A stretch of 45,205 nt of DNA from an uncultured Eubacteriales bacterium (GTDB taxonomy: Bacteria; Acidobacteriota; Aminicenantia; Aminicenantales; UBA4085), in the NCBI GenBank assembly GCA_964411395.1, contig CAYPKX010000007.1:1-45205 (forward strand), read 5' to 3'. A program made the position numbers and the translations under genes. Of this stretch, positions 10,779 to 20,511 are shown piece by piece (within the stretch, counting starts at the first letter, position 1; every line of letters begins with the position of its first letter). The notes under the pieces were generated by a model. That model saw only the letters and a list, made by a program, of their open reading frames with translations, was not told the DNA's origin and did not search any database.

Positions 10779-13478
10779 CTATTTCTCCGGCACCGGTCGG
10801 ATAACCGCCTTCCGGGTCAATTTTTTTCCGTCCACTTCCAGGATGACTTGGTATTCCCCCGGTTCCGCCTGAGCCCGCCCGCGGACGGCCGGAGCCGAGG
10901 CGGCCAGCCCCGCCGGGGCGTCCGTCTGGGCCGGAGGATAGCTCAAGTCCCAGGCCACGGAATGAAGCCCGGCCCCGCCGTCGCCTTCGATGACGGCCAG
11001 GGTTTCGCTGCGGGAGTCGGCAATGATGATTTTCGGCTTGGACGCGGACGCCTTCTTGAGGAGGTAAGAGATCTTCATCGCTGTCGGCTCGTTGGGAACC
11101 ATGTGGTGGCGATGGCCGCCGAAGTCGTCGAACATGTTCCGGCTCCATCTCCAACGGACAACCGGACGGACCTCGAACAGGTGGATGTCCTTGTCCGCAA
11201 AATCTTCCCGGACTTCCTGGAGGGGCGAAACGTCGGTGACGAAAATCCCCCGGCCGTGGGTCGCGGCGATGAGGTCATTTTCCCGTGGATGAATGAGCAT
11301 GTCCTGAACCATGGCCACCGGCGGCAGCCCTTTTCCCATTGCCGCCCAGCTTTTTCCGCCGTCGAGCGAAGCATAAACACCCGACTCCGTCCCGGCGAAC
11401 AATAGACCGGGATTCCGTCGGTCTTCGACCACGACGTAAACAGTGCCCTCGGGGAGGCCGGCGGATAGGTCGGTCCAATTCGCTCCGAAATCGTCGGTTC
11501 GAAGGACAACCGGGCGGTAGTCGTCGCGATGCCAGCCGGCTTTCGCGACATAAGCCCGGCCCTCGGCGTGGGAGGAGGCGGCGACGCGCGTCACGTAGTA
11601 TTCAGCCGGTCCTCCGGCCGCGGCCGCCGGGGACGTAGCGTCAAACCAGGATGCCCCGCCGTCCTTCGTCACCTGGATCTTTCCATCGTCCGTCCCGCAC
11701 CAGAGGACGCCGGGGCGAACCGGCGACTCGGAAATCGAGGTCAGGGTGCAGAATTCGATGTTCCCCTTGAGCTTCTCCGGGTCATTGGTCGTCAGGTCGG
11801 GAGAGGCTTCCTGCCAGAAATCGCCCCGGTTGAGAGAGCGAAGCAGGACCTGGGCCCCGAGGTAGACGATCCGGCTGTTATGCGGCGAAAGATGGAGGGG
11901 CGCCGTCCAGTTGAACCGATAGGCCGGCTGTCCCTTCGGACGGGACGGACGAATGAATTTCGACGTTCCGGTTTTCTGGTCGACCCGCTGAACGGCCCCA
12001 TTCTGCGAGGCGTTGTAGAGCCAACGGCTGTCCTCGGGATCGACCTGGTTGAACATCCCGTCGCCGCCTCCGACCGAGGTCCAGGTCTCCTCGGTGATGA
12101 AGCCGGCCGGGCCCTGGCTTGGAAACTTGATCGAGCCGTTGTCCTGGGTTCCGCCGTAAATGTTATACGGCTCTTCCATGTCCACGCCGATGGCGTAATA
12201 CTGGGCCAGGGGGAGGTTGTCATAGACGTCCCAAGTCTTGCCGAAATCATAAGAGGCGGCCAGGCCGCCGTCGTTCCCGAGAAGAATGTGGCTGGAATCG
12301 GCCGGGTTGATCCAGACGGCATGGTGATCGACATGGACGTTTTCGGCCAGGTTCTCGGAACCGTTTTTCCCCCAGGTCCGGCCGCCGTCGAGCGACCGAA
12401 GGAGAGGCGTGCTCGGGACATAGACGATCTTGTCGTCATTGGGGTCGACATAGATCTGGCCGTACCATTTGCCACCCCCGATGCTCACCCCGTCCGGGCT
12501 CATCTTGGCCCAGGATTCCCCGCCATTCTCCGACCGGTAGACTTCCCCGCCGATGGGCCGGTCTTTCGATTCGAGACCCAGGCGCTTGTCCCGGGCGGCT
12601 TCGGCCGGTGTCGGCGGGCGGGTGTTGACGTTGTCGATCGTGGCGTACATGATGTCGGGATTTTTCGAATAAACGGCAAGTCCGATCCGGGCCAGGCTGC
12701 CCTTGGGCAGTCCGCTCTCGAGCTTGCGCCAGGTTCGGCCCGCGTCCGTGGATTTGAAGAGTCCGCTTCGCGGCCCGCCGTCCTGGAAGTTCCAAGGAAT
12801 CCGCTGCTTGTCATAGGCCGCCAGAAAGACGACATCGGGATTGGACGGGTTCAGAAGAACGTCGACGACGCCGACCTTGTCCCCGGCGTCATAGACCTTC
12901 TCCCAGTTTGTTCCGCCATCGACGGTTTTATAAAGCCCGCGCTCGGGATTGAAGGAGAAGTGATTTCCGATCGCGGCCACATAGACCGTATCGGGGTTCC
13001 GGGGATCAACGGCGATCCGGCCGATATGACGGGTCTTTTCCAGGCCCATGGAAGCCCAGGTCTTGCCGCCGTCGGTCGACTTGAGGACGCCGAAACCCCG
13101 GGTGGGAATCCGGCCCGAAGCGGGATCGCCGGTCCCGACCCAGATGATGTCGGGATTCGATGGAGCCAGGGCGAAGTGCCCGATGGGAATATTGCTTTCG
13201 CCGGGAAGAAGGGAGGTGAACGTCGTCCCGTTGTTCTCGGTTTTCCATAATCCTCCCGTGGACGGCGCGACGAAGAAGGTGAACGGCCGCTTCGGAAGCG
13301 CGGCGAGATGAAGGATACGGCCGCCCTGGCGGGCCGGGCCGACACCCCTCCAAGAAAAGCCCGTGAAGAGATCCCCGCTCTCGGTTGATCCGGTCCCGCC
13401 CGCAACGAACGCCGCGAGCAAATAAAAGACCAAGCCCGGAATGGATCGCCGACCGGCAGGATGGATTGTCTTCGGCAT
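10779..13478 (-). CDS. Exported BNR/Asp-box repeat protein (sortilin/VPS10-like tandem beta-propellers)
   Basis: 899 aa with an N-terminal signal/anchor. Nine Asp-boxes (SxDxGxTW): STDGGKTW, TVDGGTNW, STDAGRTW, SENGGESW, SLDGGRTW, SYDFGKTW, TKDGGASW, TDDFGANW, SLDGGKSW. RBS AAGGGAG lies before the ATG at 13478. Confidence 0.85.
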   Translation of the reverse strand: MPKTIHPAGRRSIPGLVFYLLAAFVAGGTGSTESGDLFTGFSWRGVGPARQGGRILHLAALPKRPFTFFVAPSTGGLWKTENNGTTFTSLLPGESNIPIGHFALAPSNPDIIWVGTGDPASGRIPTRGFGVLKSTDGGKTWASMGLEKTRHIGRIAVDPRNPDTVYVAAIGNHFSFNPERGLYKTVDGGTNWEKVYDAGDKVGVVDVLLNPSNPDVVFLAAYDKQRIPWNFQDGGPRSGLFKSTDAGRTWRKLESGLPKGSLARIGLAVYSKNPDIMYATIDNVNTRPPTPAEAARDKRLGLESKDRPIGGEVYRSENGGESWAKMSPDGVSIGGGKWYGQIYVDPNDDKIVYVPSTPLLRSLDGGRTWGKNGSENLAENVHVDHHAVWINPADSSHILLGNDGGLAASYDFGKTWDVYDNLPLAQYYAIGVDMEEPYNIYGGTQDNGSIKFPSQGPAGFITEETWTSVGGGDGMFNQVDPEDSRWLYNASQNGAVQRVDQKTGTSKFIRPSRPKGQPAYRFNWTAPLHLSPHNSRIVYLGAQVLLRSLNRGDFWQEASPDLTTNDPEKLKGNIEFCTLTSISESPVRPGVLWCGTDDGKIQVTKDGGASWFDATSPAAAAGGPAEYYVTRVAASSHAEGRAYVAKAGWHRDDYRPVVLRTDDFGANWTDLSAGLPEGTVYVVVEDRRNPGLLFAGTESGVYASLDGGKSWAAMGKGLPPVAMVQDMLIHPRENDLIAATHGRGIFVTDVSPLQEVREDFADKDIHLFEVRPVVRWRWSRNMFDDFGGHRHHMVPNEPTAMKISYLLKKASASKPKIIIADSRSETLAVIEGDGGAGLHSVAWDLSYPPAQTDAPAGLAASAPAVRGRAQAEPGEYQVILEVDGKKLTRKAVIRPVPEK

Positions 13479-13593
13479 GTTCTTCTCCCTTCTTTCCTCA
13501 ACGTGGAGACGGCCGCCCGGGAATCATATTTCAGCTCGCAAAACGGCGTCAACCGGCCCGCGATCGACGGGGAAAGATTCGCGGGTTCCCCAC

Positions 13594-13627
13594 GTGATTG
13601 GTTCTCTTCCAAATGGGGGGGGAAGAG
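13594..13627. repeat. Left arm of an imperfect inverted repeat; contains a local hairpin CTCTTCC-N10-GGAAGAG and a G8 tract
   Basis: 13602-13610 (TTCTCTTCC) is perfectly complementary to 13898-13906 (GGAAGAGAA). The G tract 13615-13622 is complementary to the C tracts at 13886-13893 apart from one mismatch. Confidence 0.5.
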
Positions 13628-13882
13628 CAAGCGAATTTATGACGGCCGCTGCTCACGCATCCGGATTTTCATGCCTTGCGCAAGCCCTCCGTCGACTTTG
13701 TCGACAAGGGTTACGGCTTTTCCCGGTCGGCCTGGCCCGGCCTGGCCGACAAGGGCCGGCTTCTTCCGAGCCGGCTTCCCAAGCAACCCTGATTCGCAAG
13801 GCTCAAGAAGGACGGCAAGTCCCGGCCTCGAGAAAAGCCTCATCCGGACGATGTTCGCTCCGGCGGTCATAATCGCCTATCT

Positions 13883-13910
13883 CCCCCCACCCCAAAGGGA
13901 AGAGAATCGC
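13883..13910. repeat. Right arm of the inverted repeat (C6-A-C4-AAA-GGGAAGAGAATCGC)
   Basis: See the left arm. The arms are ~270 nt apart, inside a 558-nt spacer with no credible ORF. Confidence 0.5.
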
Positions 13911-13967
13911 TTTAAGAAAGTCTTGCCGATGTTTTTCCGGGTTAATTCCGTCATTAAAAACGCAATT

Positions 13968-13994
13968 TTGGCCCGGCTCCAAATCAAGTATAAT
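13968..13994 (+). promoter_or_regulatory. Candidate promoter for the exported amidotransferase-like gene (perfect TATAAT, weak -35)
   Basis: TATAAT at 13989-13994, 42 nt upstream of the ATG at 14037. The nearest -35-like hexamer is TTGGCC at 13968-13973, with only 15-nt spacing. Confidence 0.3.
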
Positions 13995-14036
13995 GGGTCG
14001 GACAGCAGGCCGCGACCGCGCCTCAAGGAGTACCGC

Positions 14037-15209
14037 ATGTCTCGTGTGAAAATCCCCGTCGTTTCGATTCTCGCCGTCCTTTTCGCCGCTTTCCTCGCCG
14101 GCTCGGGTTGGGCCCAAGCCCCCCAAACCGCCCAACCGCACGAACGGTTTTTCGATACGGCCTCAGCCCCCAAGGATATGGTCCGGCTGACGGTCTTCTA
14201 CCCGTCGGTCAATTCCCTTCGCCATCTCCTGGCCCTCAAGGAACAGGGTTTCATCCCCTATGAGAATCTTGAAATCGTCGGCGTTTACCACGTCAAAGAA
14301 CGGACCAACTATCGGGATTCCGTCAAATTCGTTCAGGATAACAAGCTCGAAAACGTTCACTTCCACGGCGTCACGGCCGATCTCGCCGTTGCCTCTCTTT
14401 ACAAAAAAAATGCGGCTTCCGATGAGTTTCGGAAGATTTTCGACTTGTCCCACGGCCTCATTTTCTTCGGCGGCCCGGACATGCCTCCGGCCGCTTACGG
14501 CGAGAAAACGGATTTTCGGACCATCGTCACCGATCCCTTCCGCCACTATGTCGAGCTTTCGATGATTTTTCATCTCCTCGGCGGCCGGCAGGACGAAACG
14601 GCCAGGGCTTTTCTGGCTGACCGGCCGGACTTTCCGGTTTTGGGCATCTGCCTCGGCATGCAAAGCCTGAGCGTCGGGACCGGAGGCACCATGATCCAGG
14701 ACCTCTGGAGCGAGGTCTACGGAATCCAAAGCGCCGAAGAAGCGATCGCCCTCGGCCAGCAGAAGTGGCACAAGAATCCTTTCGAGATGCTCGCCCCGGC
14801 GGAACGAAACCTCGGCCCCTACATGCTCCACCAGATCAAGCTCGTCGCCGGTGGCCGGGCCTGGACGGCCATGGGGATGACGGAGGCCGACCGCCCGCAG
14901 ATCGCCAGCTCCCATCACCAGGCCATCGAAAAGCTCGGCCTGGGATTCCGGGCCGTCGCCTCCTCCCTGGATGATAAGATTATCGAAGCCATCGAACACG
15001 AAACGTATCCCAGCGTCCTGGGCGTTCAATTCCATCCCGAGTACCGAAAGCTCTGGGACGCAACACCGGAATTCAAGTTCTCCCCCGACGATCCCGACCT
15101 CTTCGGCTACCGGACGATACTCGAAGCCAACCCGCCCAGTCTGGAATTCCACAAACGTCTGTGGACCTGGTTCTTGACCAAGGTGAAGGGCGCGGAACGC
15201 GCGGGTTGA
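14037..15209 (+). CDS. Exported class-I glutamine amidotransferase-like / peptidase C26 (gamma-glutamyl hydrolase) family protein
   Basis: Signal peptide MSRVKIPVVSILAVLFAAFLAGSGWAQA. Nucleophile elbow VLGICLGMQSL and GVQFHPE histidine motif. RBS AAGGAG lies before the ATG at 14037. The ORF-track region 13461-14036 is non-coding-looking. Confidence 0.8.
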   Translation: MSRVKIPVVSILAVLFAAFLAGSGWAQAPQTAQPHERFFDTASAPKDMVRLTVFYPSVNSLRHLLALKEQGFIPYENLEIVGVYHVKERTNYRDSVKFVQDNKLENVHFHGVTADLAVASLYKKNAASDEFRKIFDLSHGLIFFGGPDMPPAAYGEKTDFRTIVTDPFRHYVELSMIFHLLGGRQDETARAFLADRPDFPVLGICLGMQSLSVGTGGTMIQDLWSEVYGIQSAEEAIALGQQKWHKNPFEMLAPAERNLGPYMLHQIKLVAGGRAWTAMGMTEADRPQIASSHHQAIEKLGLGFRAVASSLDDKIIEAIEHETYPSVLGVQFHPEYRKLWDATPEFKFSPDDPDLFGYRTILEANPPSLEFHKRLWTWFLTKVKGAERAG

Positions 15210-15212
15210 AGG

Positions 15213-15695
15213 TCAGGGCCGGCCGAACGACGTCCGGATCTTTTCGATGATGTTCGTGCTGGAATGGCCTTTAAGATAGCGGACCCGGTAAACGCGCCCG
15301 CCGGCGCTTTCAACTTCGGCCGTCCCGACGATTTCCCCCGCGCCCCAATCGCCGCCTTTGACCAGAACATCGGGGAGAAGCGAGACGATGATATTCCGCG
15401 GCGTGTCTTCCTCAAACCAGGTCACGAAGTCGACGTCTTCCAGGGCGGCCAGGACTTCCATTCTCTCGGCCAAAGGAAAAATCGGCCGGGTCGGGCCTTT
15501 CAGTCTTTGGATCGAGGCGTCGGAATTGACGGCAACGATCAGGACATCCCCCTGGGCCTTGGCCTCGCGGAACAGATGAACATGACCCCCGTGGATCAGG
15601 TCGAAGCACCCGTTGGTGAACACGACCTTTCGCCCCTCCCGGCGCAGACGGGCCCGCACGCGCTTGAGAGCCGAGGCCGAGCGAATCTTTTTCAT
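15213..15695 (-). CDS. hldC: D-glycero-beta-D-manno-heptose-1-phosphate adenylyltransferase (RfaE domain II / HldC type)
   Basis: 160 aa. [19 protein letters not shown] (HxGH nucleotidyltransferase motif), VAVNSDASI and VKGGDW, typical of the stand-alone RfaE adenylyltransferase domain. Confidence 0.85.
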   Translation of the reverse strand: MKKIRSASALKRVRARLRREGRKVVFTNGCFDLIHGGHVHLFREAKAQGDVLIVAVNSDASIQRLKGPTRPIFPLAERMEVLAALEDVDFVTWFEEDTPRNIIVSLLPDVLVKGGDWGAGEIVGTAEVESAGGRVYRVRYLKGHSSTNIIEKIRTSFGRP

Positions 15696-15705
15696 CCGGG
15701 CCGCC

Positions 15706-17067
15706 TTATTTCGCCGGCTGTTTGACCGAAATCTCCGGCGAAAACTCCCAAGTGTGAGCCAGTCGAGCCACGCCCTCGTCGCGGATCATCGAGGAGACGA
15801 GGAAGGTGTACATATTCCGGTGGTAATCGTAAGGATAGCCGTCCCGTTTGTGGACGGCCAAGTCGAGGTAATACGTCCCGTTGATCAACGGAAGCTCCTC
15901 GATCCGGCAGACGACCCGTCCCGTCCCGGAAAAGGCGATCGACTCGTATTCTTCCAGGTGGGTATTGGTCCCATAGCACATCACACCCATGGAGGTGAAG
16001 ACGCCGATGCCGAAAACAAAATCCTTGACCGGCTCCCTGGCCGCGATGTCCATCTCGATCACCATCGCCTCGCCAGGATGGAACACGTGCTTTTCGTCGC
16101 CTTTTCCGTTTTTCAGGACGACGCTTTTGATCTCGACTTCGCGCTTGCCCCAACGCTGTTCCCGACGGCCGTCGGTCGCTTCGACCGGAGCGGAGCCGGT
16201 TTCAGGAGGAGCCGGGGTTTCGGCCGGCGACGGGGAGACCGGCTCCCCTTCGGCCGGCGGACCGGGAAGGGCCGCGGCGGCAGCCGCCGTTTCCTTCCGG
16301 CCGCGGAAATCGGCCTCCTGCTCCTCGGTCACATCCTGCATGTAGGCATCGACGACCCGTTTGGGCTCGCCGAGCATCCGGATCTTTCCGTTTTTGATCC
16401 AAGCCACGCGGTTGCAGATCTTGCTGACCGTGGACAGGTCGTGGCTGACGAAGAGGATGGTCTTCTTCCGGCGGCGGAAATCGTCGATCCGGTCAAGGCA
16501 TTTGGGAACGAAGGCCGCGTCGCCGACAGCCAGAACCTCGTCGACCAGAAGAACCTCGGGATTGACGTTGATGGCGATACTGAAGCCGAGGCGCATGTAC
16601 ATCCCCGAGGAATAGGTTTTGACCGGGGCCTCGATAAAATCCTCGAGCTCGGCAAAGCGGACGATCTCCTCGAACTTGCGGGAGATCTCCTTTTTGGTCA
16701 ATCCGAGCATGATCCCGTTGATATAAACATTTTCCCGGCCGGAAATCTCCGGATGGAAGCCCGCGCCCAGCTCGATCAGGGCCGAGACTTTTCCTTTCAC
16801 CGTCAACCGGCCGGCCGAGGGCTTGGCGATGCCGGCGACCATTTTCAGGATGGTGCTCTTCCCCGAGCCGTTTTCCCCGATCAGACCGAAAGTCTCCCCC
16901 TTCTCGACGGCGAAGCTGACATCATCGACGGCCGCAACGACTTCGTCGGCCTTGAGCGATCGAAACAGATCGCCTTTGACGATGGCGCTCTTGAACGTCT
17001 GAAAGCGATGCCGGGCCGAATACTTCTGGTAATGCCGGGAGACGTGATCCAGCTCGATGGCGGGCAT
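15706..17067 (-). CDS. wzt: Polysaccharide ABC-exporter ATP-binding protein (Wzt/TagH type) with a C-terminal Wzt_C-like beta-sandwich domain
   Basis: Walker [10 protein letters not shown], signature [12 protein letters not shown], Walker [13 protein letters not shown] Pro/Ala-rich linker is followed by a ~150-aa C-terminal domain ([10 protein letters not shown]…[10 protein letters not shown]…). The ATG at 17067 overlaps the wzm stop (TGATG). The ORF-track extension to 17637 lies inside wzm. Confidence 0.9.
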   Translation of the reverse strand: MPAIELDHVSRHYQKYSARHRFQTFKSAIVKGDLFRSLKADEVVAAVDDVSFAVEKGETFGLIGENGSGKSTILKMVAGIAKPSAGRLTVKGKVSALIELGAGFHPEISGRENVYINGIMLGLTKKEISRKFEEIVRFAELEDFIEAPVKTYSSGMYMRLGFSIAINVNPEVLLVDEVLAVGDAAFVPKCLDRIDDFRRRKKTILFVSHDLSTVSKICNRVAWIKNGKIRMLGEPKRVVDAYMQDVTEEQEADFRGRKETAAAAAALPGPPAEGEPVSPSPAETPAPPETGSAPVEATDGRREQRWGKREVEIKSVVLKNGKGDEKHVFHPGEAMVIEMDIAAREPVKDFVFGIGVFTSMGVMCYGTNTHLEEYESIAFSGTGRVVCRIEELPLINGTYYLDLAVHKRDGYPYDYHRNMYTFLVSSMIRDEGVARLAHTWEFSPEISVKQPAK

Positions 17068-17879
17068 CAGACTTCCTCCGGGAACGAATCGCGGAGCCGG
17101 TCGAAGACCGCGTACCCGATTCCGAACAGAATCAAACCGACAAGAAACGTGACCCCGAGGCGTTTCCAGTGAAATAACCGGCCGAAGAAAAAGCAATCCT
17201 GATACGCCGTGAAGATATGGGTCATCGGATTGAAGCCCAGAATCCTCTGGAAGCCGGGCCGGTCCTTGAAGATCGAGGAGCCGAACGAATAGATGATCGG
17301 CGTGGAGAAAAACCAGAAGGTCAGAAAGTTGCTGAGAATATCCTTGATATCCCGAAAATGGACCGTGAGGCTGGAAATCAGCAGGCTGAATCCCAGGGTG
17401 AACACATACTGGACCAGGACGACGACCGGAAAAAGGAAAAGATAGGCCGAAAGCGGTTTGCCGAAAGCGACCATGAAAATCAGGAGGATCGGCAGTCCGA
17501 ACAGGAAGTGGACGAAGTTGGATGTGACCGAAACAATCGGCAGGACTTCGGCCGGAAACATGATCTTCTTGATCAAGTTCCCGTTGATCATCAACACATT
17601 GGCCGAATCGTTGGCCGAGGAGGAAAACCAGGTCCACGGCAGGAGCCCGGAAAACAGGAACACGGCATACTCCAGGGGTTTGCCGATCGATTCGTCGCGG
17701 GCGGGGATGATGAATCCGAAGACCGCCGTGTAGATGATCATCAGAAGCAGCGGATTGAAGAACGACCAGAAGAAACCCAGGACCGTTCCCCGATAACGGG
17801 CTTTAAGCTCCCGTCCGACCAGCGTCCGGATTAGGAGCCGGTGCTTGAAGACTTCCTTGAGATTATCGATCATCTTCAT
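17067..17879 (-). CDS. wzm: ABC-2 type polysaccharide exporter permease (Wzm/TagG)
   Basis: Six predicted TM helices, and the ABC-2 N-terminus LLIRTLVGRELKARYRGTVLGFFWSFFNPLL. The start is taken at MKMIDN (17879 or 17873). The ORF-track start at 17990 would lie deep inside the upstream gene. Confidence 0.85.
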   Translation of the reverse strand: MKMIDNLKEVFKHRLLIRTLVGRELKARYRGTVLGFFWSFFNPLLLMIIYTAVFGFIIPARDESIGKPLEYAVFLFSGLLPWTWFSSSANDSANVLMINGNLIKKIMFPAEVLPIVSVTSNFVHFLFGLPILLIFMVAFGKPLSAYLFLFPVVVLVQYVFTLGFSLLISSLTVHFRDIKDILSNFLTFWFFSTPIIYSFGSSIFKDRPGFQRILGFNPMTHIFTAYQDCFFFGRLFHWKRLGVTFLVGLILFGIGYAVFDRLRDSFPEEV

Positions 17880-18642
17880 GTGAAGGCCCCTCGAGCATGG
17901 CCTCGACTTCAGGCGAAAATCCCCCGCCGGCCGGCGGATGGAGAACGAGCGGCGGAAGGACCTCTTCCTCTCCGGAAAACACCGCTTCAAACCGCAGCTC
18001 GGAGAGAAAGAGACTCGGCTCCTGATCCGTCCGCGGATGAATGCGCCGGATTCGAGCCGGCCTCATTCGGAACTCGTCCGCGGCCCGGCGGAAATCGCCC
18101 TCGCGAGCGGCCGGGTAGATGAAAAAGGCCCGGCCGGCGGGTTTAAGAAGCTCGGAGACGGCGCGCATAAGGCCCATAATATCGCACGTTACCTCATGTT
18201 TTGCAATCGCCTTCTCCGGATCTGGGCACGGAAATCCAGTCTTTTGTTCATGATAGGGTGGATTGGAGGCCACCACGTCGAACCTCCGCCCCGGCCGCCA
18301 TTCCCGAAAATCGGCTTCAACGACTTCGACTCTTCCGGCCAATCCATTCCCGGCGATATTGCGCCGGGCCAGGTCGGCCAGGCGCGGCTGGATTTCGACG
18401 GCGGTCAGATGCCGAAAAGGCTTAAAGCCCAGGAGGACGGCCACCACCCCGTTTCCCGTCCCCAGCTCGCAGACGTCGTCACCCGGCCGGATCTTCGTGA
18501 AAGCCGCAAGCAGCGGCGCATCCGTGGCGAAGCGATATCCCTTTTTCGGCTGGAGCAGGCGGACCTTGCCCCGATAAAAATCGTCCAAGGTTTCGCCGGG
18601 TTTGAGACGGACGTCCATCGAATCCAGCGCCCCGGCCGTCAT
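17863..18642 (-). CDS. SAM-dependent methyltransferase with NPPY motif (tRNA1(Val) m6A37 methyltransferase YfiC/TrmN6-like)
   Basis: LLQPKKGYRFATDAPLLAAF, ELGTGNGVVAVLL (SAM motif I) and VVASNPPYH (amino-methyltransferase motif IV). The start overlaps the upstream GT4 stop by 4 nt. Confidence 0.75.
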   Translation of the reverse strand: MTAGALDSMDVRLKPGETLDDFYRGKVRLLQPKKGYRFATDAPLLAAFTKIRPGDDVCELGTGNGVVAVLLGFKPFRHLTAVEIQPRLADLARRNIAGNGLAGRVEVVEADFREWRPGRRFDVVASNPPYHEQKTGFPCPDPEKAIAKHEVTCDIMGLMRAVSELLKPAGRAFFIYPAAREGDFRRAADEFRMRPARIRRIHPRTDQEPSLFLSELRFEAVFSGEEEVLPPLVLHPPAGGGFSPEVEAMLEGPSHEDDR

Positions 18643-19910
18643 TCTCCGGCCGGATCGTCCGGATTATTGAGCAAGGCCAGGACCTCGTCGAAAATCGACC
18701 GGGCTGTCGTTTCGAAATTCGCCCGGGAGAATTTCCCGGCTTTTTCCCGGGCGGCCCGTCCCAGTTCGGGGATCCGTCCGGGTTCGGCCAGAAGCTCGAG
18801 CGTCCGCTTTAAAAGCTCCGCCGTGGACGAAACCCGGAAGCCGTTGATCCCATGATCGACGATTTCGGGGAGGCCCCCCCCGTCGTAGACGATCGGGACA
18901 AGCCCGTTCTGCATCGCCTCGACCGCGGTCATGCCGAAATGCTCGGTCTCGCCCGGATCCTCGCGGCGAAGGCCGCACAGATGCCAGAAAATCGACGCCT
19001 CCCGGTAGAGCGTCCTCAATTCCCCGGCCGGAATATTGGCCCTCAGCTCCACCGCCTCGCCGGAATCGGCGATCATACCGCGCAGCTTGTCGAGATACGC
19101 GTTTTTGACCTGGCTTCCCCCGGCCAGGACAAATCGCCAGCCGGCGGACGCCTCGGGCCGGATGCGGCGGAGCTTTAAAAACGCCCCGATCATCTCCCGC
19201 TGGCGCTTGAATCCTTCGGGTTCGAAACGGGCGACGGAGAGAATGACGTTTTTTTTGGGGCCGACGCTCTCTCCCGGCTCCATGTCGACCGGCGGATACA
19301 GCAGCCGATGCGGGGAGAAGCCCCATTTTTTTTCGATCCATTCGGCCGTGTACCGGCTGTTGCAGACCGTTCGGGTGTAGCGGTCGGCATAGAAGTAGCT
19401 CTGCGGCCGGCGCTCGGGAAAATGACAGATCAAGACCGAGACGGGAGCCAGAGGGTAGACCATCTCGTTCATGCTGTTATTGACGAAGACGTCGTAATTT
19501 CCGCTTTCCCGGCTGACCAGGTGAAAGGGATTCTCGATGTCCCGGGTGACGAAGGCCGGGTCAAGATGCGGACCTCCCCGGGCTTCGTAAAACGGGATTT
19601 TTATCACCTTGATCCGACAGGAAGCGAGGTCCAGGCCGTACCACTCCCTGAATTCCTCGAGCCGGATGTCCTTATTGGCCAACAGGGTGATATCGAACTT
19701 GTCCAGGAGCGCCTCGGTCATCGTCAAGCCGTATTTCTGGGCCCCGCCGATGAATTGAAAGGCCTGATCGTAGACGGCCAGGGTCGGTCGGCGCAGGCCG
19801 AGACGGATTTCCCTCTTGGCCAGCATATTCCAGGCCGCTTGGGGGCCGCAGCGGCGGGCCAGTCGTTCGACCGCCCGGGCCAGGCCGCGTTCCGTTTCCG
19901 GGAGAGTCAT
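18639..19910 (-). CDS. Glycosyltransferase family 4 (GT-B, retaining)
   Basis: 423 aa. C-terminal EHFGMTAVEAMQNGLVPIVYDGGGLPEIV (E-x7-E region). The start overlaps the upstream ORF stop by 4 nt. Confidence 0.8.
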   Translation of the reverse strand: MTLPETERGLARAVERLARRCGPQAAWNMLAKREIRLGLRRPTLAVYDQAFQFIGGAQKYGLTMTEALLDKFDITLLANKDIRLEEFREWYGLDLASCRIKVIKIPFYEARGGPHLDPAFVTRDIENPFHLVSRESGNYDVFVNNSMNEMVYPLAPVSVLICHFPERRPQSYFYADRYTRTVCNSRYTAEWIEKKWGFSPHRLLYPPVDMEPGESVGPKKNVILSVARFEPEGFKRQREMIGAFLKLRRIRPEASAGWRFVLAGGSQVKNAYLDKLRGMIADSGEAVELRANIPAGELRTLYREASIFWHLCGLRREDPGETEHFGMTAVEAMQNGLVPIVYDGGGLPEIVDHGINGFRVSSTAELLKRTLELLAEPGRIPELGRAAREKAGKFSRANFETTARSIFDEVLALLNNPDDPAGE

Positions 19911-20374
19911 TTTTTTCCGGCGGCGCTTTTCAGGAGAGCCAGGTCTTCCTCGCAGGCGGCGATTCTTTCCTCGAGGTCCTTGATCCGGGCGGCATACCGG
20001 CCCGACCGCAGGTGGAGCGCTTGAAGCAGGGCCGCGGCCTGGCGATTGAATTTCACCTGCCGCTCGATGAATTCCTCGAGCGGCCGGACGGTGGTTTCCA
20101 GCAAAGCCCGCTTCAGAGCGAGAACCGGCCGGCCGAAAACCCGGCGGTGGGATTTGAGCTCCCGAAGATCGGGCTTGGATTCGACAAAGCCGTTGATGAG
20201 CGGAAGCGTATCGCGGAGATGACTCTCCAGCTCCCGGTCCGACATCCCTTCGACCGCCGGAGGGAATTCCCGGTCGACGTCCCGCCCGACAAGCTTCCGC
20301 ACGTCCGAAAGCTCTTCCTTCTTCCGGTCGAGCTCCTGTTTGAGCCGTTGGATTTCTTCTTCAAGTTTGTTCAT
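19907..20374 (-). CDS. Hypothetical coiled-coil protein; first gene of the glycan-export operon
   Basis: 155 aa with heptad-like charged N- and C-termini (MNKLEEEIQRLKQELDRKKEEL…, …RIKDLEERIAACEEDLALLKS). No catalytic motif and no TM segment. Codon usage matches the neighbours. Confidence 0.6.
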   Translation of the reverse strand: MNKLEEEIQRLKQELDRKKEELSDVRKLVGRDVDREFPPAVEGMSDRELESHLRDTLPLINGFVESKPDLRELKSHRRVFGRPVLALKRALLETTVRPLEEFIERQVKFNRQAAALLQALHLRSGRYAARIKDLEERIAACEEDLALLKSAAGKK

Positions 20375-20511
20375 CGGTCATCGCCTTTGCCGCTCTTCAG
20401 CCTGCTTCATCCGGATCGACAAGACCAATTATCCCGGATTCTTCGGAAAAATTCCGTCTTTTTTAAAATATCTTTTCTCCCAAAAAGAAGAAACGGACCA
20501 AATCCTCTTTA

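Noticed and set aside
13441-13872. ORFs inside the 558-nt spacer: 13441-13872 (+) and 13637-13870 (-).
   Set aside because: The sequences are compositionally biased and Arg/Pro/Gly-rich, with no RBS and no motifs. I treated the region as non-coding and structured instead.
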